Shown: piece by piece, positions 13,659 through 23,277 of the stretch
How the letters are laid out: each line of letters begins with the position of its first letter
How positions within the stretch are numbered: the stretch's first letter is position 1
Assembly: GCA_965223545.1 (NCBI GenBank)
Contig: OZ245006.1
Coordinates: 7,296,001 to 7,360,000, forward strand
Origin: Planctomycetota bacterium
Lineage (GTDB): Bacteria; Planctomycetota; UBA1135; UBA2386
Direction of reading: 5' to 3'
Length of the DNA stretch: 64,000 nucleotides
Translations under genes and position numbers: made by a program
The notes under the pieces: model-generated
What the model was told of the DNA's origin: nothing
What the model saw: only the letters and a program-made list of their open reading frames with translations
Database searches by the model: none

Positions 13659-15041
13659 GTGGCGTCCACCACGGTCTACCTCGGGCTCGGCGCCAACGTG
13701 GGCGATCGTTCGGCCAACATCCACGCCGCCCTGGAGCGGCTCGAGCGCTGTCCGGGGATCCGCGTGCTGCGGGTCTCGAGTCTGCGCGAGACGGCGCCGT
13801 CGGGGGGGCCACCGCAGGGGCCCTATCTCAATGGCGTCGCCGAGCTGTCGACGACGCTGCCGGCGCCGGCGCTGCTGGCGGTGTGCAAGGCGCTCGAAAC
13901 CGCGGCGGGACGCCGCCTGGATGCCCCCCGCAACGCGCCGCGGCCGCTGGACCTCGACGTGCTGCTGTACGGGGATGAGGAGATCGACACCGCGGCGCTG
14001 ACCGTGCCACACCCGCGCCTTTGGGAGCGGCAGTTCGTGCTGGATCCGCTCGCCGAGCTCGGGGTCACGCCGCCCGCGCAGCCCCGCCGCCCGCTCGTCT
14101 GCGCCACCTCGGCCGAGTTTGCCGCGCTCAGCCGGCGTTGGCTGCGCGGCGGCTGTCGCACCGGGCTGGTGCCGACCATGGGCGCTCTGCACGAGGGGCA
14201 CGCTTCGCTGCTGCGCCGTGCGCGGGGAGAGTGCGACCGCGTGGCGGCGACGATCTTCGTCAACCCGCTGCAGTTCGGCGCTGGCGAGGACTTGGCGCGC
14301 TACCCGCGCACCCTCGAGGCCGACCTGCAGCTGCTGGCGCGGGAGGAGGTCGACGCGGTCTACGTGCCGGCTGCCGACGCGGTCTATCCGCCGGGGTTCT
14401 GCACTCACCTCTCGGTCGGCGAGGAGGCGCGCGAGCTCGAGGGTGCGGCACGCGCCGGTCACTTTGCCGGCGTCGTCACCGTGGTGGCCAAGCTGCTGGC
14501 GGCGGCGCGGCCGGAACGGGCCTACTTCGGCGCCAAGGACGCGCAGCAGGTGGCCGTGCTGCGGCGAATGGTCGCGGACCTCGACTTCGACACCGAGGTC
14601 GTGGAGTGCCCGACGGTGCGCGCCGGTGACGGGTTGGCGCTGTCCAGCCGCAACGCCTATCTCTCGGCGGAGGATCGCCGTGCCGCGACCGCCTTGTCCC
14701 GCGCGCTGCGCGCCGCCGCGGCCGCGTTCGACCGGGGCGAGCGCGCCGCCGCCGCCCTGCTGGCCGCCGCGCGCACGGTGCTCGCCGCCGAGCCCGGCGT
14801 CGCGGTCGAGTACTTGGAGTTGCGGCAATGGCGCGACCTGGCGCCGTTGTCACCCGGCCCGATCGCCGTCGGGCGCTTGCTCGTCGCCGCACGCGTGGGG
14901 GGGACGCGGCTGATCGACAACCTGGTGATCGGCGACCGGGCGGCCGCCACCGGCGGCGAGACCCACGGTCAAACCTCGGGCGCGCGGGGTGATTTGGGTT
15001 TCAACCGCCCTTGTTATCGGGAAAATACCTCGAACGAATGA
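13659..15041 (+). CDS. folK-panC: Fused HPPK (FolK) - pantoate--beta-alanine ligase (PanC)
   Basis: N-terminal YLGLGANVGD, YLNGV, PRPLDLDVL, VPHPRLWER (FolK); then PTMGALHEGH, IFVNPLQF, YFGAKDAQQ, GLALSSRN, RLIDN (PanC) in one ORF. Confidence 0.9.
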   Translation: MASTTVYLGLGANVGDRSANIHAALERLERCPGIRVLRVSSLRETAPSGGPPQGPYLNGVAELSTTLPAPALLAVCKALETAAGRRLDAPRNAPRPLDLDVLLYGDEEIDTAALTVPHPRLWERQFVLDPLAELGVTPPAQPRRPLVCATSAEFAALSRRWLRGGCRTGLVPTMGALHEGHASLLRRARGECDRVAATIFVNPLQFGAGEDLARYPRTLEADLQLLAREEVDAVYVPAADAVYPPGFCTHLSVGEEARELEGAARAGHFAGVVTVVAKLLAAARPERAYFGAKDAQQVAVLRRMVADLDFDTEVVECPTVRAGDGLALSSRNAYLSAEDRRAATALSRALRAAAAAFDRGERAAAALLAAARTVLAAEPGVAVEYLELRQWRDLAPLSPGPIAVGRLLVAARVGGTRLIDNLVIGDRAAATGGETHGQTSGARGDLGFNRPCYRENTSNE

Positions 15042-15228
15042 ACCGGGTGGGCGCTGGCTCCCCGGACGTCGTCGCCGGAGCCGGGGCCGCCAGGTGCCGG
15101 GCTTTCGACGCGCCGGGAGCGGGCTCCACCGCGGTGGTGGCCGACGCCGATACAGAGAACGGGAGCTCCCCCTTTCCCCGGCAGTGCACATCCCCCTTGC
15201 AGCCCGTGACGCATCGCAGGAGGCGCGC

Positions 15229-16122
15229 ATGACGCGCCGTGCCACCGCCTTCGCCAAGGTCAACCTGACGCTGCGCGTCCTGGGCCGCCGCGCGGACGGC
15301 TATCACGACATCGCGTCGTGCATGCACGAGGTCGAGCTCGCCGACGAGCTCTCGTTGCGGCCGCTCGAGCAGGAGGGCGCGATCGCGATCGAGGTGACGG
15401 GGGCGCGCCGCGGGCACGCGGTGCCGGCCGACGCCGACAACTTGGTCTGGCGGGCGACGCAGGCGTTCCGCGCGGCGACCGGCACCCACGCCGGCGTCTC
15501 CTTTACTCTGCACAAGCGCATCCCGGCCGGTGGCGGGCTGGGTGGCGGCAGCGCCGACGCCGCCGCCGCGCTGCGGCTGCTGTGCGCGGAGCACGGTCTG
15601 TCGGCGGACCAGCCGCGCTGGGGCGACGTCGCCGCGTCGCTCGGCGCCGATGTGCCGTTCTTCCTGGCGGGCGGGACCCAGCTGGCGCGCGGCGTCGGTG
15701 AGCGCTTGGAGCGGGTCGCGGGGCCGCCGCGATTCGAGTTCGTGCTGGTGGTGCCGCCGTTCGGTACCGAAACGGCCGCGGTCTACCGCGCCTGGCAGCC
15801 GGCGGCTGCGGGCGAAGTGCAGCGGCCGTTGCTGCCGGCGACGCCGGCGCAGATGTTCAACGACCTGGAGGAGCCCGCCCTGCGCATCCAACCGGCGCTG
15901 GCGGGCCTGCGCGCGCGCATCGTCGCCGCGGGCTACGAGCAGGTGCGGCTGTCGGGCAGCGGCTCGACGATGTTTCTGGCCTTTCCCGAGGCGAGCGCCG
16001 CCGATGCGGCCGCGCGCGCGCTCGGGTTCTTGGCCGATGAGGGTGTGGAGCTCCTGCGGACGCGGTCGGCGGCTCCCACTGAACAACCGATCGAGGGCGA
16101 CAACCGGGGATTGGATCGATGA
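15229..16122 (+). CDS. ispE: 4-diphosphocytidyl-2-C-methyl-D-erythritol kinase
   Basis: AKVNLTL, GYHD, KRIPAGGGLGGGSADAA, LGADVPFF, LSGSGS; AGGAGG RBS before ATG 15229. Confidence 0.95.
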   Translation: MTRRATAFAKVNLTLRVLGRRADGYHDIASCMHEVELADELSLRPLEQEGAIAIEVTGARRGHAVPADADNLVWRATQAFRAATGTHAGVSFTLHKRIPAGGGLGGGSADAAAALRLLCAEHGLSADQPRWGDVAASLGADVPFFLAGGTQLARGVGERLERVAGPPRFEFVLVVPPFGTETAAVYRAWQPAAAGEVQRPLLPATPAQMFNDLEEPALRIQPALAGLRARIVAAGYEQVRLSGSGSTMFLAFPEASAADAAARALGFLADEGVELLRTRSAAPTEQPIEGDNRGLDR

Positions 16123-16616
16123 AGATCACGGAGATCCGCATCAAATTGACCAACGACACGCGCAACAAGCTCAAGGCCTATTGCAGCGTCACGTTCGAGA
16201 ACGCGTTCGTCGTGCGCGATCTCAAGGTCATCGAGGGTGGCAAGGGGCTGTTCGTGGCGATGCCGAGCCGCAAGCTCGCCGACCGTTGTCGGCACTGCGG
16301 CGGCAAGAACCACCTGCGGGCGGCGTTTTGCAACTCCTGCGGCGGGCGCCTCGACCCGGACCGGGCCGGCGAGGATGAGCGCGGGCGGGCGCGGCTGCAC
16401 GCCGATCTGGCGCACCCGATCAACTCGAAGTGCCGGCTCGAGCTGCACCGTGCGATCGTCGAGGCGCTGAACGCCGAGGTCGAGCGCAGCCAGCAGGACG
16501 GCTACGTGCCGCCGAGCTTCGACGACTTCGACGAGGTCGAGGACTTCATCGACGAGCGCGAGCTCGAGGCCTACTCGCGGCGCGCGCCCGACCGCGCGGC
16601 CGAGCACGGCGCCTAG
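16119..16616 (+). CDS. spoVG: SpoVG-family protein with a zinc-ribbon insertion
   Basis: MKITEIRI...LKAYCSVTF...GLFVAMPSRK, CRHC/CNSC insert, ADLAHPIN; follows ispE. Confidence 0.92.
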   Translation: MKITEIRIKLTNDTRNKLKAYCSVTFENAFVVRDLKVIEGGKGLFVAMPSRKLADRCRHCGGKNHLRAAFCNSCGGRLDPDRAGEDERGRARLHADLAHPINSKCRLELHRAIVEALNAEVERSQQDGYVPPSFDDFDEVEDFIDERELEAYSRRAPDRAAEHGA

Positions 16617-16629
16617 CGCGACGCGGATC

Positions 16630-17493
16630 ATGGGCCCGAGCATTGCGGTGGTCGGCCCGGGCCGCGTCGGCACGGCGCTCGCTGCGCTGTGGCACCGCGG
16701 AGGCGCCGATCTGCTGGGTTTCGTCGGCCGGCGCGTCGAGGACGCGGCGCGGGCGGCGGTGCGCGCCGGCGGGGGCCGAGCACTGGCGGGCCTCGCGGAG
16801 TGCCACACCGCGGACTGTGTGGTGCTGGCAGTGCCCGACGCCGAGGTCGGCCGAGTGGCGGCTGCGGCCGGGGGCGACGCCGTGCGGCGGGGTGCGCTCT
16901 GGCTGCATACGAGCGGCGCGCTCGACCTCTCCCCGCTGGAACCGCTGATGGCGCGGGGCGCGGCGATCGGGTCTCTGCACCCGGTGTGTCCGGTGCCCGA
17001 TGTCGAGACGGGGATTCGCGTCTTGCCGAGCAAGCCGTGCGTCCTGTCGGGCGACCCGGCGGTGGGCGCCGTGCTGGAGCAGCTCGCCGAGGCGGCGGGG
17101 TTGCGCCCGGTTTGGGCGAGCGGTGGCGACCGCGCGCTCTACCACGCCGCGTGCGCGCTGGCGGCCAACGCCGGCACCGCGCTGTTCGGCGCCGTCGAGG
17201 AGCTGCTGGCCGTCGCGGTGACTCCGGCCGAGGCGCGGGCGTTGACTGCGGCGTTGATGGCGGCGGCTGTGGAGGACTCGGCCGCGCGGGGGGCGGCGGC
17301 GGCGCTGTCCGGACCGGTGCGGCGCGGTGAGCGGGACACGGTGACGCGACACATACGTGCCCTGGCGCAGGCGGCACCACAGCAGCTACCGCTGTACCGC
17401 GCGCTGATGCGCGCCGTCGCCGCGTTGGCCGAACGCGGCGGGTCTCTGAGCGCCGCGCAGCGCCGGGAGTTCGATCAGCTGTTGGGTGACTGA
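16630..17493 (+). CDS. Rossmann-like + DUF2520 oxidoreductase (PanG-like ketopantoate reductase candidate)
   Basis: GPGRVG, LAVPD, HTSGA, SLHP, YHAAC..AAN, LSGPVRRG. Confidence 0.85.
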   Translation: MGPSIAVVGPGRVGTALAALWHRGGADLLGFVGRRVEDAARAAVRAGGGRALAGLAECHTADCVVLAVPDAEVGRVAAAAGGDAVRRGALWLHTSGALDLSPLEPLMARGAAIGSLHPVCPVPDVETGIRVLPSKPCVLSGDPAVGAVLEQLAEAAGLRPVWASGGDRALYHAACALAANAGTALFGAVEELLAVAVTPAEARALTAALMAAAVEDSAARGAAAALSGPVRRGERDTVTRHIRALAQAAPQQLPLYRALMRAVAALAERGGSLSAAQRREFDQLLGD

Positions 17494-19015
17494 CCCGGAC
17501 CGGGCGCCGCGGCGCCCGCCGGGCTATGGTGCGGCGACTCCGTCCGTCGCCGTGCCGCCCGCTCAGCTGATCGCCAGTGTGTTCGCCAAGGCGCCCGCCC
17601 AGGCCCGGCGCGCGGTGCGGCGTGCGGCGATGGCGGGGGCGGACTGGGTCGAGCTGCGGCTCGACCGGTGGCCGCACGACGCCGCACTGGCGCCGGTGCT
17701 GGAGGCGTCGTCGTTGCCGTGCCTGTTGACTTGCTCGCCCAAGCGGCACGGCGGCGAGTACGAGGGCAGTGCCGCGCGGCGGCGCGCGCTGCTCGAGGCG
17801 GGCCTCGCCGCCGGGGCCAGTGGGGTCGATCTCGCGCACGACGACGACTGGACTCCGTCGCCGTCGCCGCGGCTCTTGGTGCGCTCGTTCCACGCGCCGC
17901 GCGGCACGGCTTGGCCCGCGGATCTCAGCGCGCTGCGCGGCGAGCTGCTGCACGACGGCGGTTGTGCGAAGATCGTGCTCTGGGCCGACGACGTCGCCGA
18001 TTGTGCGCCGTTGCTCGCGCTGTTGGCGGCGACCGACCAGCGCCGGGAGCCGACCTGCGCGTTCGCCATGGGCGAGGCGGTGGCGGCGACGCGGGTGCTG
18101 GCCGCGGCGTTCGGCGCGCCCTGGATCTACGCGTCGGTCGATGCAGGCGCGCCGACGGCGCCGGGGCAGCTCGATCTGCGCGCGCTGCGCGACCTGTATC
18201 GCGTCGCGCAGCTGGGGCCGACGACGCGGCTGTTCGGCGTGCTCGGGCGCGGGGTTTCGGACTCGTTCGGGCCGTGGCTGCACAACCGCGCCTTCCGCCG
18301 GCTCGACGTCGACGGCGTCTACCTGCCGCTGGACACCGCGCGGCCCGGCGACGCAGTTGCGCTGGTGCCGCCGCGGCGTCGCGGTGGCTTCTCCGTGACC
18401 GCACCACACAAGACCGCGGTCGCGTCGATGTGCCACCGCCTCGAGCCACTGGCGGAGGCCGCGGGCGCGGCCAACACGTTGGTGTTCCACGCCGGCGACC
18501 AGTGGGTCGGCGCCAACACCGACGTGCACGGGGTCGAGGAGGCGCTGCGGCGCGCCGGGGTCGATGGTGGTGATGGCGCACCCGCAGCGGTGTTCGGCGG
18601 TGGGGGCGCAGCGCGCGCGGCCGCGGTGGCGCTCGAGCGGCTCGGCTTCGCGCCGCGTATCCTCGTGCGCGACCCCGAGGGCGCGGCGGCGCGGGAGTGG
18701 GGGGAGGCGCGCGGCGTCGAGCTCGGGCCGCTGTCGGCGCCGGCGCTCGATGCGCTCTCGCCGGCGGTCGTGATCAACGCCACCCCGGTGGTCGACCGGC
18801 CGGTCGTCGACGGCTGGTCGCCGGCGCCGGGCACGGCCGCGCTGGACATGGCCTACCGGGTGAAGACCACACCGCTGCTGGCGTCGGTCGACCGGCCGGT
18901 GCACGGTCTGGAGATGTTCTTGACGCAAGCCGCGTGGCAGCTTGCGGCGTTCACCGAGCGCAGCGCGCCGCCGCTCGATGAAGACGAGCTGCGCGCGTTC
19001 TGCCCGGTGCCATGA
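17486..19015 (+). CDS. aroD-aroE: Bifunctional type I 3-dehydroquinate dehydratase / shikimate dehydrogenase
   Basis: ADWVELRLD, RSFH, AFAMG, TAPGQ (AroD); FSVTAPHK, GAANT, GANTD, GGGGAARA, INATP, HGLEMF (AroE). Confidence 0.9.
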   Translation: MTDPDRAPRRPPGYGAATPSVAVPPAQLIASVFAKAPAQARRAVRRAAMAGADWVELRLDRWPHDAALAPVLEASSLPCLLTCSPKRHGGEYEGSAARRRALLEAGLAAGASGVDLAHDDDWTPSPSPRLLVRSFHAPRGTAWPADLSALRGELLHDGGCAKIVLWADDVADCAPLLALLAATDQRREPTCAFAMGEAVAATRVLAAAFGAPWIYASVDAGAPTAPGQLDLRALRDLYRVAQLGPTTRLFGVLGRGVSDSFGPWLHNRAFRRLDVDGVYLPLDTARPGDAVALVPPRRRGGFSVTAPHKTAVASMCHRLEPLAEAAGAANTLVFHAGDQWVGANTDVHGVEEALRRAGVDGGDGAPAAVFGGGGAARAAAVALERLGFAPRILVRDPEGAAAREWGEARGVELGPLSAPALDALSPAVVINATPVVDRPVVDGWSPAPGTAALDMAYRVKTTPLLASVDRPVHGLEMFLTQAAWQLAAFTERSAPPLDEDELRAFCPVP

Positions 19016-19593
19016 GCGGGGGATTGCGCGAGACGGCTGCAGAGTGCGGTGCGGGTCGCATGGTGGCCCTGGTCGGGCCGCGCGGCGCGGGCAAGAGCAC
19101 GCTTGGCCGGGCGCTCTCGGCGCGGCTGGGTGCGGCGTTGGTCGACACCGACGAGCGCATCGCGGCGGCGGTCGGCGCGCCGGCGGGGGAGTTCTTGGCC
19201 CGCGCCGGCGAGGCGGAGTTTCGCGCGGTCGAGGAGCGCGTCTGCCTGCTGGCGCTGGCCCCGCCTCGGCGTGGCACGGTGGTCGTCGCGCTCGGCGGCG
19301 GGGCGGTGCTGTCGCCCGCGGTGCGGTGCGCGCTGCGGCATCCGCGCGTGCTCTGCGTCGGCCTGGCCGCGCCGGTGGGGACGCTGGCGGATCGCATCGC
19401 CGGCGGCGGCCCGCGGCGGCCGGCGTTGACCGAGCTGCCGCCGGCGGAGGAGGTCGTGGCGTTGTGGGAAGCGAGGCGGCCGCTGTACGGCGAGGTCGCG
19501 CGCGTGTGGGTCAACACCGGCACCTCGAATGTCGATGCAAGTGTAGAGCGCATTCTGGGTATGATGCGCGCTGAACCGCCGCGCTCCCGGTAG
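19012..19593 (+). CDS. aroK: Shikimate kinase
   Basis: Walker A GPRGAGKST, DTD, GEAEFR, ALGGG, RRPLY. Confidence 0.92.
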   Translation: MSGGLRETAAECGAGRMVALVGPRGAGKSTLGRALSARLGAALVDTDERIAAAVGAPAGEFLARAGEAEFRAVEERVCLLALAPPRRGTVVVALGGGAVLSPAVRCALRHPRVLCVGLAAPVGTLADRIAGGGPRRPALTELPPAEEVVALWEARRPLYGEVARVWVNTGTSNVDASVERILGMMRAEPPRSR

Positions 19594-19618
19594 CGCCCGT
19601 CTCGGGGGCGTTCGGCCT

Positions 19619-22333
19619 TTGCCACCAATGATTGCCGCCGCCGTCGCGTTCGCTGCCGGAGTCTCGCTCCTCGCGGGGGCCTCGGCCGTGCACGGTGCCA
19701 GCGTGCCGCAGGCGGCAGCCCGCGAGGCGCTTGTCGCGCAGCGCGATGGCCGGATCGAGGAGCTGCGCGCGCAGCTGCGGCTGCCCGGCCCCGAGGCGCG
19801 GGTGCAGCGCGAGGCGGCGGTGGCGCAGCTGCTGGCGATGGCCGAGGAGGCGGCGCACGTCGCGCTGCGCGAGCTGCTGGTCGAGACCGTCGACCAGAAC
19901 GGGCTGGTGCCGCATCTGCTCGACCAGCTGCGCATGCGTCTCCGCAATCCGCACGACGCGGTGCTCGGGCTACAGGTCGACGGCGCCGCGCCCCGCCGCG
20001 CGGCGTATCTCGCGGTGTTGATGCGGCGCTTGGGTCGCGACGCGCCGCTCGACGTGCGCCTGCGCGAGACGGTGTTCGCCTTCGCCTCGTGGGAGCGCGT
20101 GGTGGCCGTGCGCGGCTTGTTGGCCGACGATCAGGCGGGCGTGCGCGCTGCCGGCGCCCGCGCCGCTGGCTGGTGCCGGGACTTGAGCGTGGCGGTCGAG
20201 CTCGCGGGCCATCTGGATGGTGCCGGCGATGCTCTGGCGCCCCTGCTGCGCGCGGCCCTGGAGCGGCTGACCTTCGTGCAGGGCGGTTTTGCCAGCGAGG
20301 CGGAGTTCGGCGCCTGGTTCGAGCGCGTCGGCGCGGCGGAGAAGACCTTCGTCCACCTCGCCGAGGAGGCCGCCGAGCGGGTGCGGGCCGACGCGCGCGC
20401 CGACCGCGAAGCGCTGATCACGGCGCTCGAGAGTGCCGTCGTCGCGCTGGTCGACAGCTACGTCGACCGGCCGGAGGTCGACTGGGTCGGGCTCGGCGAG
20501 CGGCTGCTCGGAGATGGTCCCGAGCGGGCCGTGCGGGCCGGGCTGCGCCGGCTGCGCGCGCGCCTGTCCGAGCGAGTGACGTTGACGGGGGTCGCCAGCG
20601 ATCGGTTGTTGCTCTTGGACTCGCTCGGCGAGCGGCTCGAGCGGGCGTCGGATCCCGAGCAGGAGGCGGTGTTGCTCGAGCTGTGCGCGTATCTCGTCGC
20701 ACCCGAGGAGCTCGACCGCCGCAACCTCACCCTGGCGCGGCTGACAGCCGAGCTGCATCCGGGGCAGCAGCCCGTCGTGCGTCGCGCCGCGTTGGCCGGC
20801 CTGGCGCGCTTTCCGTCGACGGGTTCGCTGGAGAGCGTGTTGCAGGTGCTGCGCGAGGCACTGGACCGCAGTGACCAGCCGCTGCTGGCGCGGGCGATGG
20901 CGACCATCGCCGCGTGGCCGGCGCCGGAGCGGAAGGAGCGCGGCGAGTGGCTGCGGTTGATCGAGGCGTGTGTGCTCGACGCGCGGCTGTCGGTCGAGGT
21001 GCGCCGCCAAGCGCTGGCCGTGCTCGCCGGCACCGACGCGGAGGGGCGGCGCGTTCCCGAGGCGCAGGATGTGCTGGCGCGGCTCGTGGTGGCGCCCGAC
21101 CAAGATGTTTCGCTGCGCGAGATCGGCCTGCTGCGGCTGGCGGACGCCGCCGACACGCAGAACCTCGACGGCTACTTGCAGGCACTGATCGCCTGCCTGT
21201 CGGACCCCTCCGAGCGCGTGCGCAAGCGCGCCGCTGGGTTGCTGCCGCGCCTGCCACCGGCGGAAAGTCGCGAGCAGCACCGCGGCTGGCTGCGCCAAGT
21301 GCTCGACGCGGCCCGGCCGCGGCTGCTCATCGAGACCGATGCGGGCGTGCACCAACAGCTGGCGCAGAGCATGCGCCAGCTCGGCGAGCAGGGGGGCGAG
21401 CCGCAAATGGTGATCGCCGTATTGGCCGAGGTCGGCACCGGTTTGGCCGGCACCGAGTCGGGTGCGGACGGCGGCTTCCGCCGCGCGCATGTCATCGAGG
21501 CTCTGCGGATCTTGGCCTCGGCGCAGGACCGCGAGCCCGAGTTGTGGATCCGCGCGGGCGAGGCCATCGCGGCGCTCAGGGACCGCGCTGCGCTGCGCTT
21601 CGTGCTGATGCGTCCGCTCGCCAACCAAGCGGGTGCCGCCGCCGCGTTGCCGGCTCCGCTCGCCGCCCGCGTGCGCACCCTGCGGTTGGCGGCCGCCCGC
21701 CTGGCGCCCCCCGACCTGGACTGGAGCGCCACCGAGCAAGCCGCCGAGCGCGATGCAGTGCTGGCCGCGGTCGAGGCTCAAACCGCGGCCGGCACGCCGC
21801 CGAACGATCCGCTGATGACCGCCCTGCGCATGCGTCTCCACGCGGCGCGCGGCGAGCACGAGGCCGTCGTCGACCTCGCCGCCGCGCTGGCCGCCAGCGG
21901 CGCCGACACGCTGCCCGACGCCCACCGCCGCGCCACCGCGCTCTGCGCGGCGCGCAGCCACCGCAGCCAACGCCAGCTCGTCGCCGCCCGCGACTGGCTG
22001 CTGCCGCTGGTCTCCGCCAGCGCCCCGGACGCCCCCGCGATCCGCCTGCTGCAAGACCTCGCCAAGGACTTGGTCAAGGACGGCAACCCCACCTCCGCCG
22101 TCCCCGCCCTCCGCGCGATTCTCGACGCCACCCCCGCCGACTCCATCGAGCTCCCCGCCCGCGTCCTCACCCTCGCCGAGACCATGCTCCGCGCCGACCC
22201 GCAAGCCGCGGGCGCGGTAAAGAGCGTGCTCGACGAACAGCGCGGATTGTTCACCGGCGAAGGCGTCAACCGCGCGCACGCGCGGAGGTACGACGCGCTC
22301 TTGCGCCAGCTCGAGGGCGCTGCCGGCGGGTAG
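19619..22333 (+). CDS. Large HEAT/ARM-repeat alpha-helical hypothetical protein
   Basis: Signal-like N-terminus; repeated VRRAAL/VRKRAA HEAT-like motifs; 904 aa. Confidence 0.7.
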   Translation: MPPMIAAAVAFAAGVSLLAGASAVHGASVPQAAAREALVAQRDGRIEELRAQLRLPGPEARVQREAAVAQLLAMAEEAAHVALRELLVETVDQNGLVPHLLDQLRMRLRNPHDAVLGLQVDGAAPRRAAYLAVLMRRLGRDAPLDVRLRETVFAFASWERVVAVRGLLADDQAGVRAAGARAAGWCRDLSVAVELAGHLDGAGDALAPLLRAALERLTFVQGGFASEAEFGAWFERVGAAEKTFVHLAEEAAERVRADARADREALITALESAVVALVDSYVDRPEVDWVGLGERLLGDGPERAVRAGLRRLRARLSERVTLTGVASDRLLLLDSLGERLERASDPEQEAVLLELCAYLVAPEELDRRNLTLARLTAELHPGQQPVVRRAALAGLARFPSTGSLESVLQVLREALDRSDQPLLARAMATIAAWPAPERKERGEWLRLIEACVLDARLSVEVRRQALAVLAGTDAEGRRVPEAQDVLARLVVAPDQDVSLREIGLLRLADAADTQNLDGYLQALIACLSDPSERVRKRAAGLLPRLPPAESREQHRGWLRQVLDAARPRLLIETDAGVHQQLAQSMRQLGEQGGEPQMVIAVLAEVGTGLAGTESGADGGFRRAHVIEALRILASAQDREPELWIRAGEAIAALRDRAALRFVLMRPLANQAGAAAALPAPLAARVRTLRLAAARLAPPDLDWSATEQAAERDAVLAAVEAQTAAGTPPNDPLMTALRMRLHAARGEHEAVVDLAAALAASGADTLPDAHRRATALCAARSHRSQRQLVAARDWLLPLVSASAPDAPAIRLLQDLAKDLVKDGNPTSAVPALRAILDATPADSIELPARVLTLAETMLRADPQAAGAVKSVLDEQRGLFTGEGVNRAHARRYDALLRQLEGAAGG

Positions 22334-22387
22334 CGCGGGTGCGCCGGTGCGCGGAGAGGGGGCGCGATGGTTTTTGTGGGTGGGCGC

Positions 22388-22415
22388 TTGAAGTCGGGGG
22401 GTGCCGCCCTATCCT
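22388..22415 (+). promoter_or_regulatory. Sigma70-type promoter candidate for the tRNA
   Basis: TTGAAG-N16-TATCCT ending 18 nt upstream of the tRNA. Confidence 0.55.
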
Positions 22416-22433
22416 CCTCGCCTCACCACTCGA

Positions 22434-22510
<77 letters not shown>

Positions 22511-22517
22511 GTTGGTC

Positions 22518-22554
22518 GTGGGGCGAACCGGTCCACAAAGCCGGTTCGCCCCAC
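22518..22554 (+). terminator. 14-bp stem-loop immediately after the tRNA
   Basis: GTGGGGCGAACCGG-TCCACAAAG-CCGGTTCGCCCCAC; U-tail weak. Confidence 0.65.
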
Positions 22555-22665
22555 AACTTATGCGCCTCTCCTTCTTCCCGAGGGCACTTCGTCTGACATC
22601 GACGAACGCGGCGTGAACTTCTCAAACTGCAACCACTGGTTGCAAAAGCCGAGAGGATCGCAGCC

Positions 22666-23277
22666 ATGCCCAAGAGGCGAGAGTCCCCCCTGCCCCGCTA
22701 CCAGGAACGAAGAGACAGGGGAACCGCTGTCTCGTGGGTCTACGACGAGAGCGGAAAGCGGCACCAGGTCACCCTTGGTGCTTACGGTTCTCCAGAAAGT
22801 AAGCGTCGCTACCGAGAGCTTCTGGCATCTCTTGTCGACGGAAGAGTGAGCAGCAGCGCCGCAGGCCCCTGCCCCGCTCATGCAAGCGGAGTCACCATTG
22901 AAACGCTCGCTGCTCGATTCCTCGCCTGGGCTGAGCGCTACTACCGAAAGCCGGACGGAACTCCAACTCGAGAGTTTCCAAACTTCGTCGCAGCTGCCCG
23001 CCCCCTGCTCGAACTCTACCGAGATGAACTCGCAACTGAGTTCGGCCCGCTAAAACTCCGGCGCGTTCGCGAGGTCATGGTCGGACTTGGGTGGAGCCGC
23101 ACCTTCATCAACAAGCAGGTTGTCCGTCTCCGCCGCATGTTCAAGTGGGGCGTCGAGCAAGAACTGATCGCTCCGTCAGTTCATCAGGCGTTGCAAGCGG
23201 TTGCTGGACTCAAGCGAGGCCGGACCTCTGCGCCGGAACCCAAGGGATTCTGTCAAGAGTTGTGGATGGCGAGTTGA
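22666..23277 (+). pseudogene. Tyrosine recombinase/phage integrase, N-terminal part only, truncated by IS256 at 23244
   Basis: Arm-binding/core-binding region (LGAYGSPES, FGPLKLRRVR, RLRRMFKWGV); catalytic domain absent. Confidence 0.85.
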
